A DNA stretch of 64,000 nt, taken from NCBI GenBank assembly GCA_029243485.1, contig JAQWRY010000088.1:299212-363211 (forward strand), given 5' to 3'. Made by a program: the position numbers and the translations under genes. The notes below the pieces were generated by a model. It saw only the letters and a list, made by a program, of their open reading frames with translations, had not been told where the DNA came from and made no database searches. This document shows, one piece after another, positions 49,031 to 58,288 of the stretch. This DNA is from Candidatus Binatia bacterium. Its GTDB lineage: Bacteria; Desulfobacterota; Binatia; UBA12015. Each line of letters begins with the position of its first letter. The first letter of the stretch is position 1.

Positions 49031-49081
49031 GGTCCAAAAGCCTAGGGCTCGGCGTCCGGTCCGGCAAGCGGACGGGCGGTC

Positions 49082-49501
49082 TCAGCCGGCTTTGGACCCG
49101 AGTTTCAGAATCCGGTCGAATTCGGGCTTAGCGACGGGCATGACGCTCAAGCGCGATTGCTTGATGAGGGCCATCTCGGACAACGCCTTGTCCTCTTTGA
49201 TCTCCGCGAGAGTGACGGGGCGCTTCAGCGCCCTCTTCGCCGCGAGATCGACGACGACCCACCGATCGTCGTCGATCGTCGGATCCTGGTAGAACTCGCG
49301 CACGACCTCGCAAATACCGACCACCTCGGTCCCGACGATGGAGTGATAGTAGAGCACGAGGTCGCCCTTCTTCATCTCCTTCAAGTTGTTGCGGGCCTGG
49401 TAGTTCCGAACGCCGTCCCAGTATGTCTTCTTGTCCTTGACGAGTTGGGACCAGGGGTACTTGGTGGGTTCTTGTTTCACGAGCCAGTATTGCTTGGGCA
49501 T
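49082..49501 (-). CDS. EVE (PUA-like) domain protein
   Basis: MPKQYWLVKQEPTKYPWSQL...GDLVLYYHS...AEIKEDKALSEMALIK is typical of EVE/YTH-like domains. The start is taken at the internal Met, since the longer N-terminus is Arg-rich junk. Confidence 0.85.
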   Translation of the reverse strand: MPKQYWLVKQEPTKYPWSQLVKDKKTYWDGVRNYQARNNLKEMKKGDLVLYYHSIVGTEVVGICEVVREFYQDPTIDDDRWVVVDLAAKRALKRPVTLAEIKEDKALSEMALIKQSRLSVMPVAKPEFDRILKLGSKAG

Positions 49502-50172
49502 GGTTTGGTGATTAGCCGAAATCCTGCAGCGGGGCGATCCTCTTTCAACGTCTCCTCGACCCATTCGTCGATGAGCGCTCGAAACGTATTCAGAAAATCT
49601 TCCTCCGCTTCGGGCGCGAGGTCGTCGAGTTCGTGTGGGTCGATGTCGATCGCGTAGAGCTGCTCGCGGTCGCTCTTGATGTCTTGGATGTACCGCCACT
49701 CGGGTGTCGTGACGACGCGGCCTCAGGAGCGAAGTGCATCGCTGCCGATCTGGGTTACGACGGCTTCTTTGGGGTTCTCCAGCGCGCCCCCCGGAGGCGA
49801 GGAGGGGGAGCAGGGATTGGCCGGGGATGTCCCACCGGCCGGGGAGGGAGGCGCCGGCGATCTGCGTTAGGGTGGCGTAGACGTCGGCGAGCGTGACGAG
49901 GTCCGCGTAGCGCCGGCCCTACTTTGCATCCCCTCGGCGGTGTGGGTACGCGGGATTGAAATCGTCGCGAGCGGTCTCGGCGAAGCCCCAGTCCTGTGGG
50001 CTGTACGTCTAGAGCTTGTCGAGCGTCGGCGTGATTACGCGGTCGTTCCCGAGGAAACCGAAGCCGCTCCACCCCATGTCGCCGCCGACGACCACGGCGA
50101 TGTTCGGCGGTTCACATGCAGTGCAGAAGACGAGGGAGGCGAGGATCAGGGTGCGCACGAGGCGGAGCATCG
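49500..50172 (-). pseudogene. Decayed sulfatase gene (in-frame stops and frameshifts)
   Basis: Reverse-strand sulfatase blocks are interrupted by stops. These are a signal peptide MLRLVRTLILASLVFC, the N-terminal PNIAVVVGGDMGWSGFGFLGN, and the C-terminal LYAIDIDPHELDDLA box. Confidence 0.5.
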
Positions 50173-50214
50173 GTTGGGTTGAATTCGCACGTTCTACGCG
50201 GGCAGGAAAACGGG

Positions 50215-51606
50215 CTACTGCAGGTACCCGAGGGACTGAAGCCTCTTCTCGACGCTCCGGCTCCGCTCGATCGCGTCGGCGTCTCCGGTTGTCTCGCCGT
50301 GACCGGCCATCCACGCGTGGAGGCCGTCCTGAAGCCGACGGTTTTCGTCCGGATGCGTGCTGGAAGCGTCGCTGCGCTCGAACGGATCGGCGTGGAGGTC
50401 GTAGAGTCGGCTAGCGCCGTTCTGAAGATCGAAGATCAGCTTGAAGCGTCCGTCGTCGACGCTGCGTCTCACCCCCTGGGAGCTGAAGGCGAGGCGAGGG
50501 TCGTTCGACGTGCCTTCGAGGAGCGGCCGCAGGCTCTCTCCTTCGAGCGCGTCCGTGGGGAGACCCGCGTAGTCGAGCACCGTGGGCATGACGTCGAGGT
50601 TTTCGACGGCGATGTCGACGCGCCGGCCTCCCGTAAGGCCGGGAATCCAAACCATGAGCGGGGTGCGGGTCACCGTGTCCCACACGCCCAGGCAGTGGTT
50701 GAGCTCGTCTTGCTCGAGGAACATCTCGCCGTGGTCCGAGGCGAGAATCACGATCGACTTCCTGAGGAGACCTCGCCCGTCGAGACTGCGGAGCAACCGT
50801 TCGATCTCGCCGTCGAGGTAGAGGATCTCTTCGTCGTAGCGATCGGAGAGGAAGGGGAGCTGATCGAGACTCACGTCTCGCTGGCCCGGCGGGCGCCCGC
50901 GGTGCAGGCGAATGATCGGGTCGGGGTCGCCGCTGCGCAGCCACACGGGCAGGCCCTTGTCGTCGCCGGCGGTGAACTTCCGGGTGTGGTGGCGCGGTGG
51001 GAGGTACGGGTGATGCACGTCCATGTAGTGGAGATAGAGGAAGAACGGGCCCGTCGTTTCCTTGAGGTGTTTCATCGCGCGTTGGTGCAGGCAGCGGGCG
51101 TTCTGCCTCGTGCAGGACTCGTCGTCGAAGACGTCGAAGCCGCGACCGAAGCCGCCGGTCCGGTTTATGTTCGACGGTGTCTTGCGCACGATCTCGCTGG
51201 CGGAAACCGCGATGGTGCGGAGGCCGGCCGCCTGCAGCGCCTCGGGTAGCGTCTGCATGCTCTCGGGAATTGCGAACGATTTACTACTCCAGCTCAGAAG
51301 CTCGGCCGGGTAGCGCGACGTCAGCAGGGAGGCGACCGAGGTCGGAGTGCAGGCGGTCTGACTGCGCGCCCGCTCGAAGACCGTCGCGCCATTCGAACGG
51401 GCCTCCAGAGCCGGCGTCGTCGCACGGTCGTAACCGTAAACGCTCATCCGATCCGCTCGCAGGGTGTCCGCGAGGAGGAGGATCACGTTCCAGGGCCCCT
51501 CGGGGGGAGGTGCCGGCCTGTCGAGATACGTTCGCAATCCGAACGCCGCGGTGCCGAGGATCGCGAAGGCGATCGCCGCCGCGATGATGGGGTTTCGTCT
51601 CTGCAT
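50215..51606 (-). CDS. Sulfatase-like hydrolase/transferase with a variant active-site motif
   Basis: It has the N-terminal block NVILLLADTLRADRMSVYGY and the C-terminal blocks ILASDHGE and LYDLHADPFE. The CxPxR position reads C-T-P-T-S, so the Arg is missing. The start is taken at MQRRNPII. The longer ORF adds a histidine-kinase N-box-like segment upstream. Confidence 0.8.
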   Translation of the reverse strand: MQRRNPIIAAAIAFAILGTAAFGLRTYLDRPAPPPEGPWNVILLLADTLRADRMSVYGYDRATTPALEARSNGATVFERARSQTACTPTSVASLLTSRYPAELLSWSSKSFAIPESMQTLPEALQAAGLRTIAVSASEIVRKTPSNINRTGGFGRGFDVFDDESCTRQNARCLHQRAMKHLKETTGPFFLYLHYMDVHHPYLPPRHHTRKFTAGDDKGLPVWLRSGDPDPIIRLHRGRPPGQRDVSLDQLPFLSDRYDEEILYLDGEIERLLRSLDGRGLLRKSIVILASDHGEMFLEQDELNHCLGVWDTVTRTPLMVWIPGLTGGRRVDIAVENLDVMPTVLDYAGLPTDALEGESLRPLLEGTSNDPRLAFSSQGVRRSVDDGRFKLIFDLQNGASRLYDLHADPFERSDASSTHPDENRRLQDGLHAWMAGHGETTGDADAIERSRSVEKRLQSLGYLQ

Positions 51607-52028
51607 CCGAGATTTGTCCGTACCAGAAGCCGCGGGGAATCCCCCGGTCGGCTGGACCGCGACGTGCCCGTCCTCCGTGTACTTCACCGCGTTGGAGAAG
51701 AGGTTCAGGACCGCCTGGCGCACACGCCTGGGGTCGCCGATGACCGTTCTCGGAACGTCCTCATTCCGTCTCCATGCCGAGTCCGAGACCCCTCTGCGCT
51801 GCTTGAAGCGCGAGTATGTCCACCGCGCTCGAGACGCAATCGACGAGGATGCAGCTGCCTACGACGAGGGCGGCGGCGAGCGGCAACGGTGTGACGGTAC
51901 GGGAAGGATGCGCCACTCTGCATCCATCGGGCGCGAGCCCGGTCTCGCCGCCGGGCCAGTCGTGTGCGAAGTATCGCTCCGTGTCGAGCGTTCTTCATGT
52001 CTGGCTTTCGAACGAGGATATCCGGGCC

Positions 52029-52916
52029 ATGAGCTTCGAGCCGGAGGACTTCGATCCGGTTCTGGCGGCGTATCCCGGCCTCGAAATCGTCCACCACGCC
52101 ACACCGGCGGACCTGAAGGCGGCGTTGCCCGAGATGGAGCTCGTCGACACCTGGGGGTTCTCGCCCCGGTGGTACGAGCGAGCGCCGAAGCTACGAGCGG
52201 TGATCACGCCGGCTGCGGGGCGCGACTGGGTGGCGGACGATCCGTCCGGCCACGTCCCGGTTCACCCGGGAACGTTCCACGGGCCGCTCATCGCCGAATC
52301 GATGCTGAGCTTCATGCTGCACTTCAATCGACGCGTGCCGCAGATGCTCGAGAACGAGCGGCGCCGGGAGTGGGATCGCAACATTCAGTTTCCGAGTGCG
52401 CTGCTTCGCAATCAGCATGCGGTGATCGTCGGGTACGGGTCGATTGGGCGGCATTGTGCGAAGCTCCTCACTGCGATCGGGATGACCGTTGCCGGTTGCC
52501 AGCGCACGCACGCGAGTGGCGTCGACGCCGAGAGCGGGGCGCGGTACTGCTCTCCCGCCGACCTGCCGCAGGAGCTCGCGCGCGCCGATCACGTCGTGTT
52601 GCTGCTCCCGGGAGGAGACGCGACGAACGGCTATCTCTCTCGCGAACTGCTGGGGTCCGTGAAGCGTGGCGCTCGCGTCTACAACTTCGGACGCGGTACG
52701 ACGTCGCTGGAAACAGATCTCCTCTGGGCGCTCGAGGAGGGGATCCTCTCGGGTGCCGGTCTCGACGTTACCGAGGTCGAGCCGCTTCCCGCCGAGTCGC
52801 CCTTGTGGGAACACCCTGCGGTGTTCGTGCAGCCGCACTCGTCGTGCGTCTACGACGAGTACAGACCACTCCACGTAGTGGAACTCGTGGAGCGCCTGCG
52901 CCCGTACGTAGAGTGA
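52029..52916 (+). CDS. D-isomer-specific 2-hydroxyacid dehydrogenase family protein
   Basis: It has the NAD-binding motif VGYGSIGR and the catalytic triad region (R, E, H near ...FVQPHSS...). The start is taken at MSFEPEDF. Confidence 0.8.
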   Translation: MSFEPEDFDPVLAAYPGLEIVHHATPADLKAALPEMELVDTWGFSPRWYERAPKLRAVITPAAGRDWVADDPSGHVPVHPGTFHGPLIAESMLSFMLHFNRRVPQMLENERRREWDRNIQFPSALLRNQHAVIVGYGSIGRHCAKLLTAIGMTVAGCQRTHASGVDAESGARYCSPADLPQELARADHVVLLLPGGDATNGYLSRELLGSVKRGARVYNFGRGTTSLETDLLWALEEGILSGAGLDVTEVEPLPAESPLWEHPAVFVQPHSSCVYDEYRPLHVVELVERLRPYVE

Positions 52917-53079
52917 ACTAGTGTCCTAAGTCCGAAGTTCTCCACCACTTTCGCCGGCCCTCGTCGCGCCTGACGGCGTCGCGTCGGCTCGAAAGATTGC
53001 CGATATTCCTTCGCCGCCGCTCCTTGTCAGGAGCGACGATGCCTCGCGGGAAGTGGCGGACAACTTCAGACCCAGGACA

Positions 53080-54276
53080 CTAGTTGATCGCTTCGAAGAG
53101 ACCGGCGGCGCCCATGCCGCCACCGACGCACATCGTGACGATGCCGTAGCGCTGCTTGCGGCGACGGAGTTCGAGGAGCAGCGTGCCCGCCATGCGCGAG
53201 CCGGTCATGCCGTACGGATGGCCGATCGAGATGGCGCCGCCGTTGGGGTTCACCTTTTCGGGGTCGATCCCGAGGCGGTCACGGCAGTAGACGGCCTGCG
53301 AGGCGAAGGCCTCGTTCAGCTCGACGATGTCGATGTCGTCGATCTTGAGGCCGTTGCGCTCGAGGAGCTTGGGCACGGCGAACACCGGGCCGATGCCCAT
53401 CTCGTCTGGCTCACAGCCGGCGTAGACGCAGCCCCGGAAGTAGCCGAGAGGCTCGATGCCGAGCTTCTCGGCGCGCTCGGCCGACATGAGGAGGTTGGCC
53501 GACGCACCATCGGACAGCTGCGACGAGTTGCCGGCGGTGACGCTGCCGTTCTCGTCGAACGCGCCCTTCAAGGTCTGCAGTCCGTCGAGAGTCGTCTGCG
53601 GCCGGTTGCACTCGTCCTTGTCGACGACGACTTCCTTCTCCGAGATCTCACCGGTGGCCTTGTCCTTCACCTGCATGGTGACGGTCATCGAGAAGATCTC
53701 CTCGTCGAACTTGCCGGACTGCTGCGCGGCCGCCGTGTTCTTCTGCGAGGCGAGAGCGAACTCGTCCTGAGACTCGCGACTCACGTCGTAACGACTGGCG
53801 ACGATCTCGGCGGTCGCGCCCATCGGCATGTAGACCTCTTTCTTGTGGTCGAGAATCCACGGGTTGAAGAGGTTCGTGGTGTTGAGGTCGTTCTGCAGCA
53901 TGGTGATCGACTCGAGGCCGCCCACCATGACCGCGTCCGCACCTTCGGCCTGAATCATGTGCGCGCCGACCATGACCGCATTGAGGCCCGACGAGCAGAA
54001 GCGGCTCACCGTGGAGCCGGCAACCGTAACCGGAAGGCCCGACATGAGGGCGACGTTGCGGCCGACGTTGAAGCCCTGCGGGCCCTCGGAGAACCCGGTT
54101 CCCATCACGCAGTCGTCGATCTCCGCCGGGTCGAGCTTGGGCGTCTTTTCGAGGACCTTCTTCACGGCAGCGGCGGCGAGATCGTCGGGTCGGGTCATGT
54201 TGAAGGATCCGCGGAAGGACTTGGCCATACCTGTCCGTGCGGTGGCTACGATTACGGCTTCGCGCTTCGTCGACAT
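53080..54276 (-). CDS. Acetyl-CoA C-acyltransferase (thiolase)
   Basis: The thiolase active-site Cys is in [11 protein letters not shown]. The C-terminal catalytic His/Cys signatures are GHPYGMTG and CVGGGMG. Confidence 0.9.
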   Translation of the reverse strand: MSTKREAVIVATARTGMAKSFRGSFNMTRPDDLAAAAVKKVLEKTPKLDPAEIDDCVMGTGFSEGPQGFNVGRNVALMSGLPVTVAGSTVSRFCSSGLNAVMVGAHMIQAEGADAVMVGGLESITMLQNDLNTTNLFNPWILDHKKEVYMPMGATAEIVASRYDVSRESQDEFALASQKNTAAAQQSGKFDEEIFSMTVTMQVKDKATGEISEKEVVVDKDECNRPQTTLDGLQTLKGAFDENGSVTAGNSSQLSDGASANLLMSAERAEKLGIEPLGYFRGCVYAGCEPDEMGIGPVFAVPKLLERNGLKIDDIDIVELNEAFASQAVYCRDRLGIDPEKVNPNGGAISIGHPYGMTGSRMAGTLLLELRRRKQRYGIVTMCVGGGMGAAGLFEAIN

Positions 54277-54422
54277 TTCGACCTCCGGTCCGGCTTGCTT
54301 GGGTTGTGGACCGGGCGGGTGCCCGGCGGTTCGAAATTCGCAGTTGGCCGGGGGCGATGCAAGGCCGAGTTGGACAGGGGCGGCCCGAGTGTGGGATGCA
54401 CGTTTGGCAAGGAGGGGTGGTG

Positions 54423-54596
54423 ATGGCGGAGGCGGAAAAACAGGTGGAAAGCAGTGCAACGGCCAGCGAGATGGCGGTGCGAGCGGCGGACGGTCCGGGC
54501 TGTGACGCGTGCGGCACGAACATGCAGCCGCTGGGGCACTGCAAGTATCTCTGTCGGATGTGCGGGTTCATGCGGACCTGCATCGACACCGTCTGA
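54423..54596 (+). CDS. Small zinc-ribbon protein (57 aa)
   Basis: The product reads MAEAEKQVESSATASEMAVRAADGPGCDACGTNMQPLGHCKYLCRMCGFMRTCIDTV, with paired CxxC-like cysteines. It lies 9 nt upstream of dtd on the same strand. Confidence 0.45.
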   Translation: MAEAEKQVESSATASEMAVRAADGPGCDACGTNMQPLGHCKYLCRMCGFMRTCIDTV

Positions 54597-54604
54597 GCGA
54601 CGGA

Positions 54605-55042
54605 ATGCGCGCCGTGGTTCAACGCGTTCGGCAGGCGCACGTGGCTGTCGCTGAGGAGACCGTTGGACAGATCGGCGCGGGCCTCCTGGTTCTCCTCGGG
54701 GTCGGGCGTGAAGACGGCGCCGAGGATTCTGCGAAGTTGGCGCGTAGGATCGTCGGTCTGCGGATTTTCGACGACGCGGACGGCAGGATGAACCTCTCGC
54801 TCGCCGAGGTCGGAGGCGAGATGCTCGTCGTTTCTCAGTTCACCCTTTGGGGAGACGTGAACTCGGGACGCCGTCCCTCCTGGGGGCGCGCCGCGCCGGC
54901 CGAGGTGGCGGAGCCCTTGTATCGCGACTTCGTCGAAGCGGTCCGGGCGATGGACGTGACGGTTGCCGAAGGGCGATTCGGCGCGGACATGGACGTTCAT
55001 CTGACGAACCAGGGGCCTGTAACCCTGCTCTTCGACGGCTAG
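54605..55042 (+). CDS. dtd: D-aminoacyl-tRNA deacylase
   Basis: The product is 145 aa with MRAVVQRV at the N-terminus and the conserved SQFTL and NxGPxT (TNQGPVTL) motifs. Confidence 0.85.
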   Translation: MRAVVQRVRQAHVAVAEETVGQIGAGLLVLLGVGREDGAEDSAKLARRIVGLRIFDDADGRMNLSLAEVGGEMLVVSQFTLWGDVNSGRRPSWGRAAPAEVAEPLYRDFVEAVRAMDVTVAEGRFGADMDVHLTNQGPVTLLFDG

Positions 55043-55054
55043 GATGGAGCTGTC

Positions 55055-55567
55055 GTGGCTGCCCGTTCCTGGTCCGGTGTTTCGCACCCGTTCATGCGCC
55101 CTGCTGGCCGTCCCGGCGTCTCGAGGATTCTCGACGGGCGCCTTCTCATCGGGGAGTACCCGACGCCGGACGACATCGATTGGCTTCGCGACGAACACGG
55201 CATCCAGGCCGTCGTGTCGCTGCAGGACGACATCGATCTCACCTACAAGAGCATCGACCTGCCGTCGCTCGAAGGTGCGTACGCAAAGGCGGGAATTCCG
55301 CTCCATCGGTTCGGGGTGATCGATGGCGATCCGGATGATTTGATCCCGTCGCTCGAGGCGATCCTCGCGAGGCTGCACGAGCTGCTCGGCGAGAACCGTC
55401 GGGTGTACGTTCACTGCAACGCCGGCTACAACCGGGCGCCCAGCGTGGCGATCGCCTATCTGCACGCGCACCATGGGCTGTCGCTGGACGAGGCCCACTC
55501 GTTCGTCAGAGAACGACGGGCCTGTGCGCCTTACCTGTCGGCGCTCAGACGACACTTCGACCAGTGA
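55055..55567 (+). CDS. Dual-specificity/protein-tyrosine phosphatase-like protein
   Basis: It has the CX5R P-loop VHCNAGYNRAP, and the 170-aa product has DUSP-like spacing. Confidence 0.8.
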   Translation: MAARSWSGVSHPFMRPAGRPGVSRILDGRLLIGEYPTPDDIDWLRDEHGIQAVVSLQDDIDLTYKSIDLPSLEGAYAKAGIPLHRFGVIDGDPDDLIPSLEAILARLHELLGENRRVYVHCNAGYNRAPSVAIAYLHAHHGLSLDEAHSFVRERRACAPYLSALRRHFDQ

Positions 55568-55573
55568 GCGCGC

Positions 55574-56580
55574 CTACGGGCGGAGCGCGTCGAGTCGAGC
55601 GAGCATGTCGGCCTGCACGGCGGCGTACGCGGGGTTGCCAGCGACGTTCGTGATCTCGTCGGGGTCGAGGGCGAGGTCGTATAGTTCGGTGTGCAGGGGA
55701 TTCCCGGCCGTCGCGATGCCCACGAACTCGGCGAGGGTATCGGAGGACGCATGGGACCCGGATCGACTCCTCGTACGGGTTGAACTTTCCGACAAGCCCG
55801 TGTTCTCCCCACATGAACCCGTGGTCGGACGTGAAGACTACGACCGTGTTGTCCGAGAGCCCCAGCTTCTCGAATTGTTTGAGGATGCGATCGACGGCCT
55901 CGTCGACCGCCAGGAGAGTGCGGTGTTGGTCGAGTCTGAGGGCGTCGATCTTCCCCGGAAGCGCCGGACCCGCGATGAATCGGAAGAACTGGACCCATTG
56001 CGGTTTCGCGGTGACGTCGGAGAAATAGCTTGGCGGCCGATGGAGCGGGTAGTTTGAGAGGTGTCCTGCATGCCGGTTGGCCGGAATCGCGGGCGCCCGA
56101 GGCGCAAACGGGGTGTAGGTCACAAGGAAGGGATCGTTCGCGTTCTTTCGGAGGAACCGGATGGCCTCCTTCTGCATCCAGTCGGTGGAGTAGGTTCCCG
56201 CGGAGAGCGTCTTGGCGAAACCGTTGTCGTTGATGCGAGCGCCGTAGAACTCACCGCCGCTCGGGTCGAGGAGCGACTTCCATTCGTGCCAGCCCTGGGG
56301 TGGGGTCAGCCCAAGGGATTCGGAGTTGTTCATGTACTTCCCGAACAGGCCGTTCGTGTAGCCGGCTCGGAGCCGAGCACGAGCTCGGTGATCTGGGCGG
56401 GCGTGGTCCCGGCGCACGGGGGGAAGCCCGGGGTCGCGCAGGGAGGGCCGCCGGCCGCGAGGTGAAGAAGGCGGCAACTCAGATCGTCCTGGACCAACTG
56501 CCCGAGGTCCTGCAGATCGCCGGCTTCCGTGCACCGCGCGTCGGCCGCGGTGGGCGTCAGAGCCAAGAGGAGCAATAGGT
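55574..56580 (-). pseudogene. Frameshifted sulfatase gene
   Basis: The middle sulfatase block (VVFTSDHGFMWGEHGLVGKFNPYEESIRVP) and the C-terminal box (LYDLALDPDEITNVAGNP) sit in different frames. The signal peptide and N-terminal region lie in a third frame. Confidence 0.5.
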
Positions 56581-56811
56581 AGGGCGGTCGAGAAGGCGGC
56601 CGCCGCGGGGCCCAGCATGAGGACCTCCCCGGTCCGGATATGCAGGCATACGGCCAGTGGGCATTACGCCGAGGTGTTCAGATGCAGCACAATCGTGTTT
56701 CTCCTAGGCCGCGTTCGAGGCCGGGAGGCCGCACTGGCGGGCGCCCGAGCGGTCCCCGGGTGCGGCGGCCGCAGGCGCTCGTTACGCAAAAGGGCAGGAG
56801 GAGAGACCTGA

Positions 56812-58206
56812 ATGAGCACCCGCACCGAAACCGACAGCCTGGGCCCGATCGAAGTCCCGAATGAGGCGTACTACGGCGCTCAGACCCAGCGCGCCGTCGA
56901 GAATTTCCCGGTCTCCGGGCAACGTTTTCCCCGCCGGTTCATCCAGGCGTTGGGTCTCGTGAAATGGGCCGCCGCGCTGGAGAACGAGGCTCGCGGGACA
57001 CTCGAGCCCGAGCTCTCCCGCGCAATCGCGGACGCGGCCGAGGAAGTCATCGGAGGGGGCCGTGATGCCGATTTTCCCCTAGACGTCTTTCAGACCGGTT
57101 CGGGTACGTCGACGAACATGAACGCGAACGAGGTCATCTCGAACCGCGCGATCGAGATGCTCGGTGGCGAGATGGGTAGTAAGAAGCCCGTTCACCCGAA
57201 CGACCACGTCAACATGGGACAGTCCTCGAACGACGTCATCCCTACGACCACACACCTCGCCGCCTTGCTCGCGCTGAAAGACGATCTCCTTCCAGCGCTC
57301 CGGAAGCTCCACGCAAGTCTCGGCAAGAAGGCCGGTGAATTCGCTTCCATCGCAAAGACCGGTCGGACGCATCTCATGGATGCGGCGCCGGTGACCCTCG
57401 GTCAGGAGTTCAGCGGCTATGCGGCTCAGATCGAGCGGGGCATTCGTCGCGTCGAGAGTACAGAGGCGCACCTCGCGGAACTCGCGCTGGGCGGAACCGC
57501 GTGTGGCACGGGTCTGAACGCGCCTGAGGGATACGCTGCCGCGATCATCGCGCGGGTCGCGGAACGCACGAAGCTGCCGCTCGTCGAAGCGCCGAACCAC
57601 TTCGAAGCGCAGGGCGGGCGCGATGCGTGCGTCGAGACGAGCGGAGCGCTGCGCACGATTGCGGTGAGTCTCATGAAGATCGCGAACGATCTTCGATGGC
57701 TCGGCTCCGGTCCGCGCGCCGGCCTCGCTGAGATTCAACTGCCGTCGCTGCAGCCCGGTTCCTCGATCATGCCCGGCAAGGTGAACCCGGTCATCCCTGA
57801 GATGTGCCGGCAGGTCTCGGCTCAGGTCATGGGGAACGACACTGCGATCTCCGTCGGTGGTGCCCTCGGCGACTTCGAACTCAACGTGATGATCCCCGTG
57901 ATCGCGCACAACCTCCTGGGCTCGATCTCGATTCTCACGAACGCCTGCACACTTCTGGCCGACCGATGCGTCGATGGGATCATCGCCAACGAGGATCGCT
58001 GCCAGCACGACGCCGAGCGCAACCTCCAGGTCGGCGCCGCCCTCAATACGGTGATCGGCTACGACCGGGCCGGTGATCTGGTGAAGGGAGCGGTCAAGAC
58101 TGACCGGTCGATCCGGGAGGTGGCGGAAGAGGCTGGGGTCATGCCGGCCGACCGGCTCGCCGAGGTACTGGATCCTCTGAAGCTGACCCGCGGCGGGGTT
58201 ATCTGA
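56812..58206 (+). CDS. Aspartate ammonia-lyase/class II fumarate hydratase family enzyme (the signature favours aspartase)
   Basis: The ORF is 464 aa with the family signature GSSIMPGKVNPVIPE. The PVIPE continuation is aspartase-like; FumC typically has PTQCE. Confidence 0.85.
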   Translation: MSTRTETDSLGPIEVPNEAYYGAQTQRAVENFPVSGQRFPRRFIQALGLVKWAAALENEARGTLEPELSRAIADAAEEVIGGGRDADFPLDVFQTGSGTSTNMNANEVISNRAIEMLGGEMGSKKPVHPNDHVNMGQSSNDVIPTTTHLAALLALKDDLLPALRKLHASLGKKAGEFASIAKTGRTHLMDAAPVTLGQEFSGYAAQIERGIRRVESTEAHLAELALGGTACGTGLNAPEGYAAAIIARVAERTKLPLVEAPNHFEAQGGRDACVETSGALRTIAVSLMKIANDLRWLGSGPRAGLAEIQLPSLQPGSSIMPGKVNPVIPEMCRQVSAQVMGNDTAISVGGALGDFELNVMIPVIAHNLLGSISILTNACTLLADRCVDGIIANEDRCQHDAERNLQVGAALNTVIGYDRAGDLVKGAVKTDRSIREVAEEAGVMPADRLAEVLDPLKLTRGGVI

Positions 58207-58288
58207 GCCGGAGGGACCGGACACACGTTGACTAAGGCTGAGGTCGCTCTCATAGTTGCCGAAGCCTACGCCGCAGGCGGCATTATAA

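Noticed and set aside
53053-54423. 456-aa + strand ORF
   Set aside because: It is antisense to the thiolase gene, which has full-length thiolase signatures.
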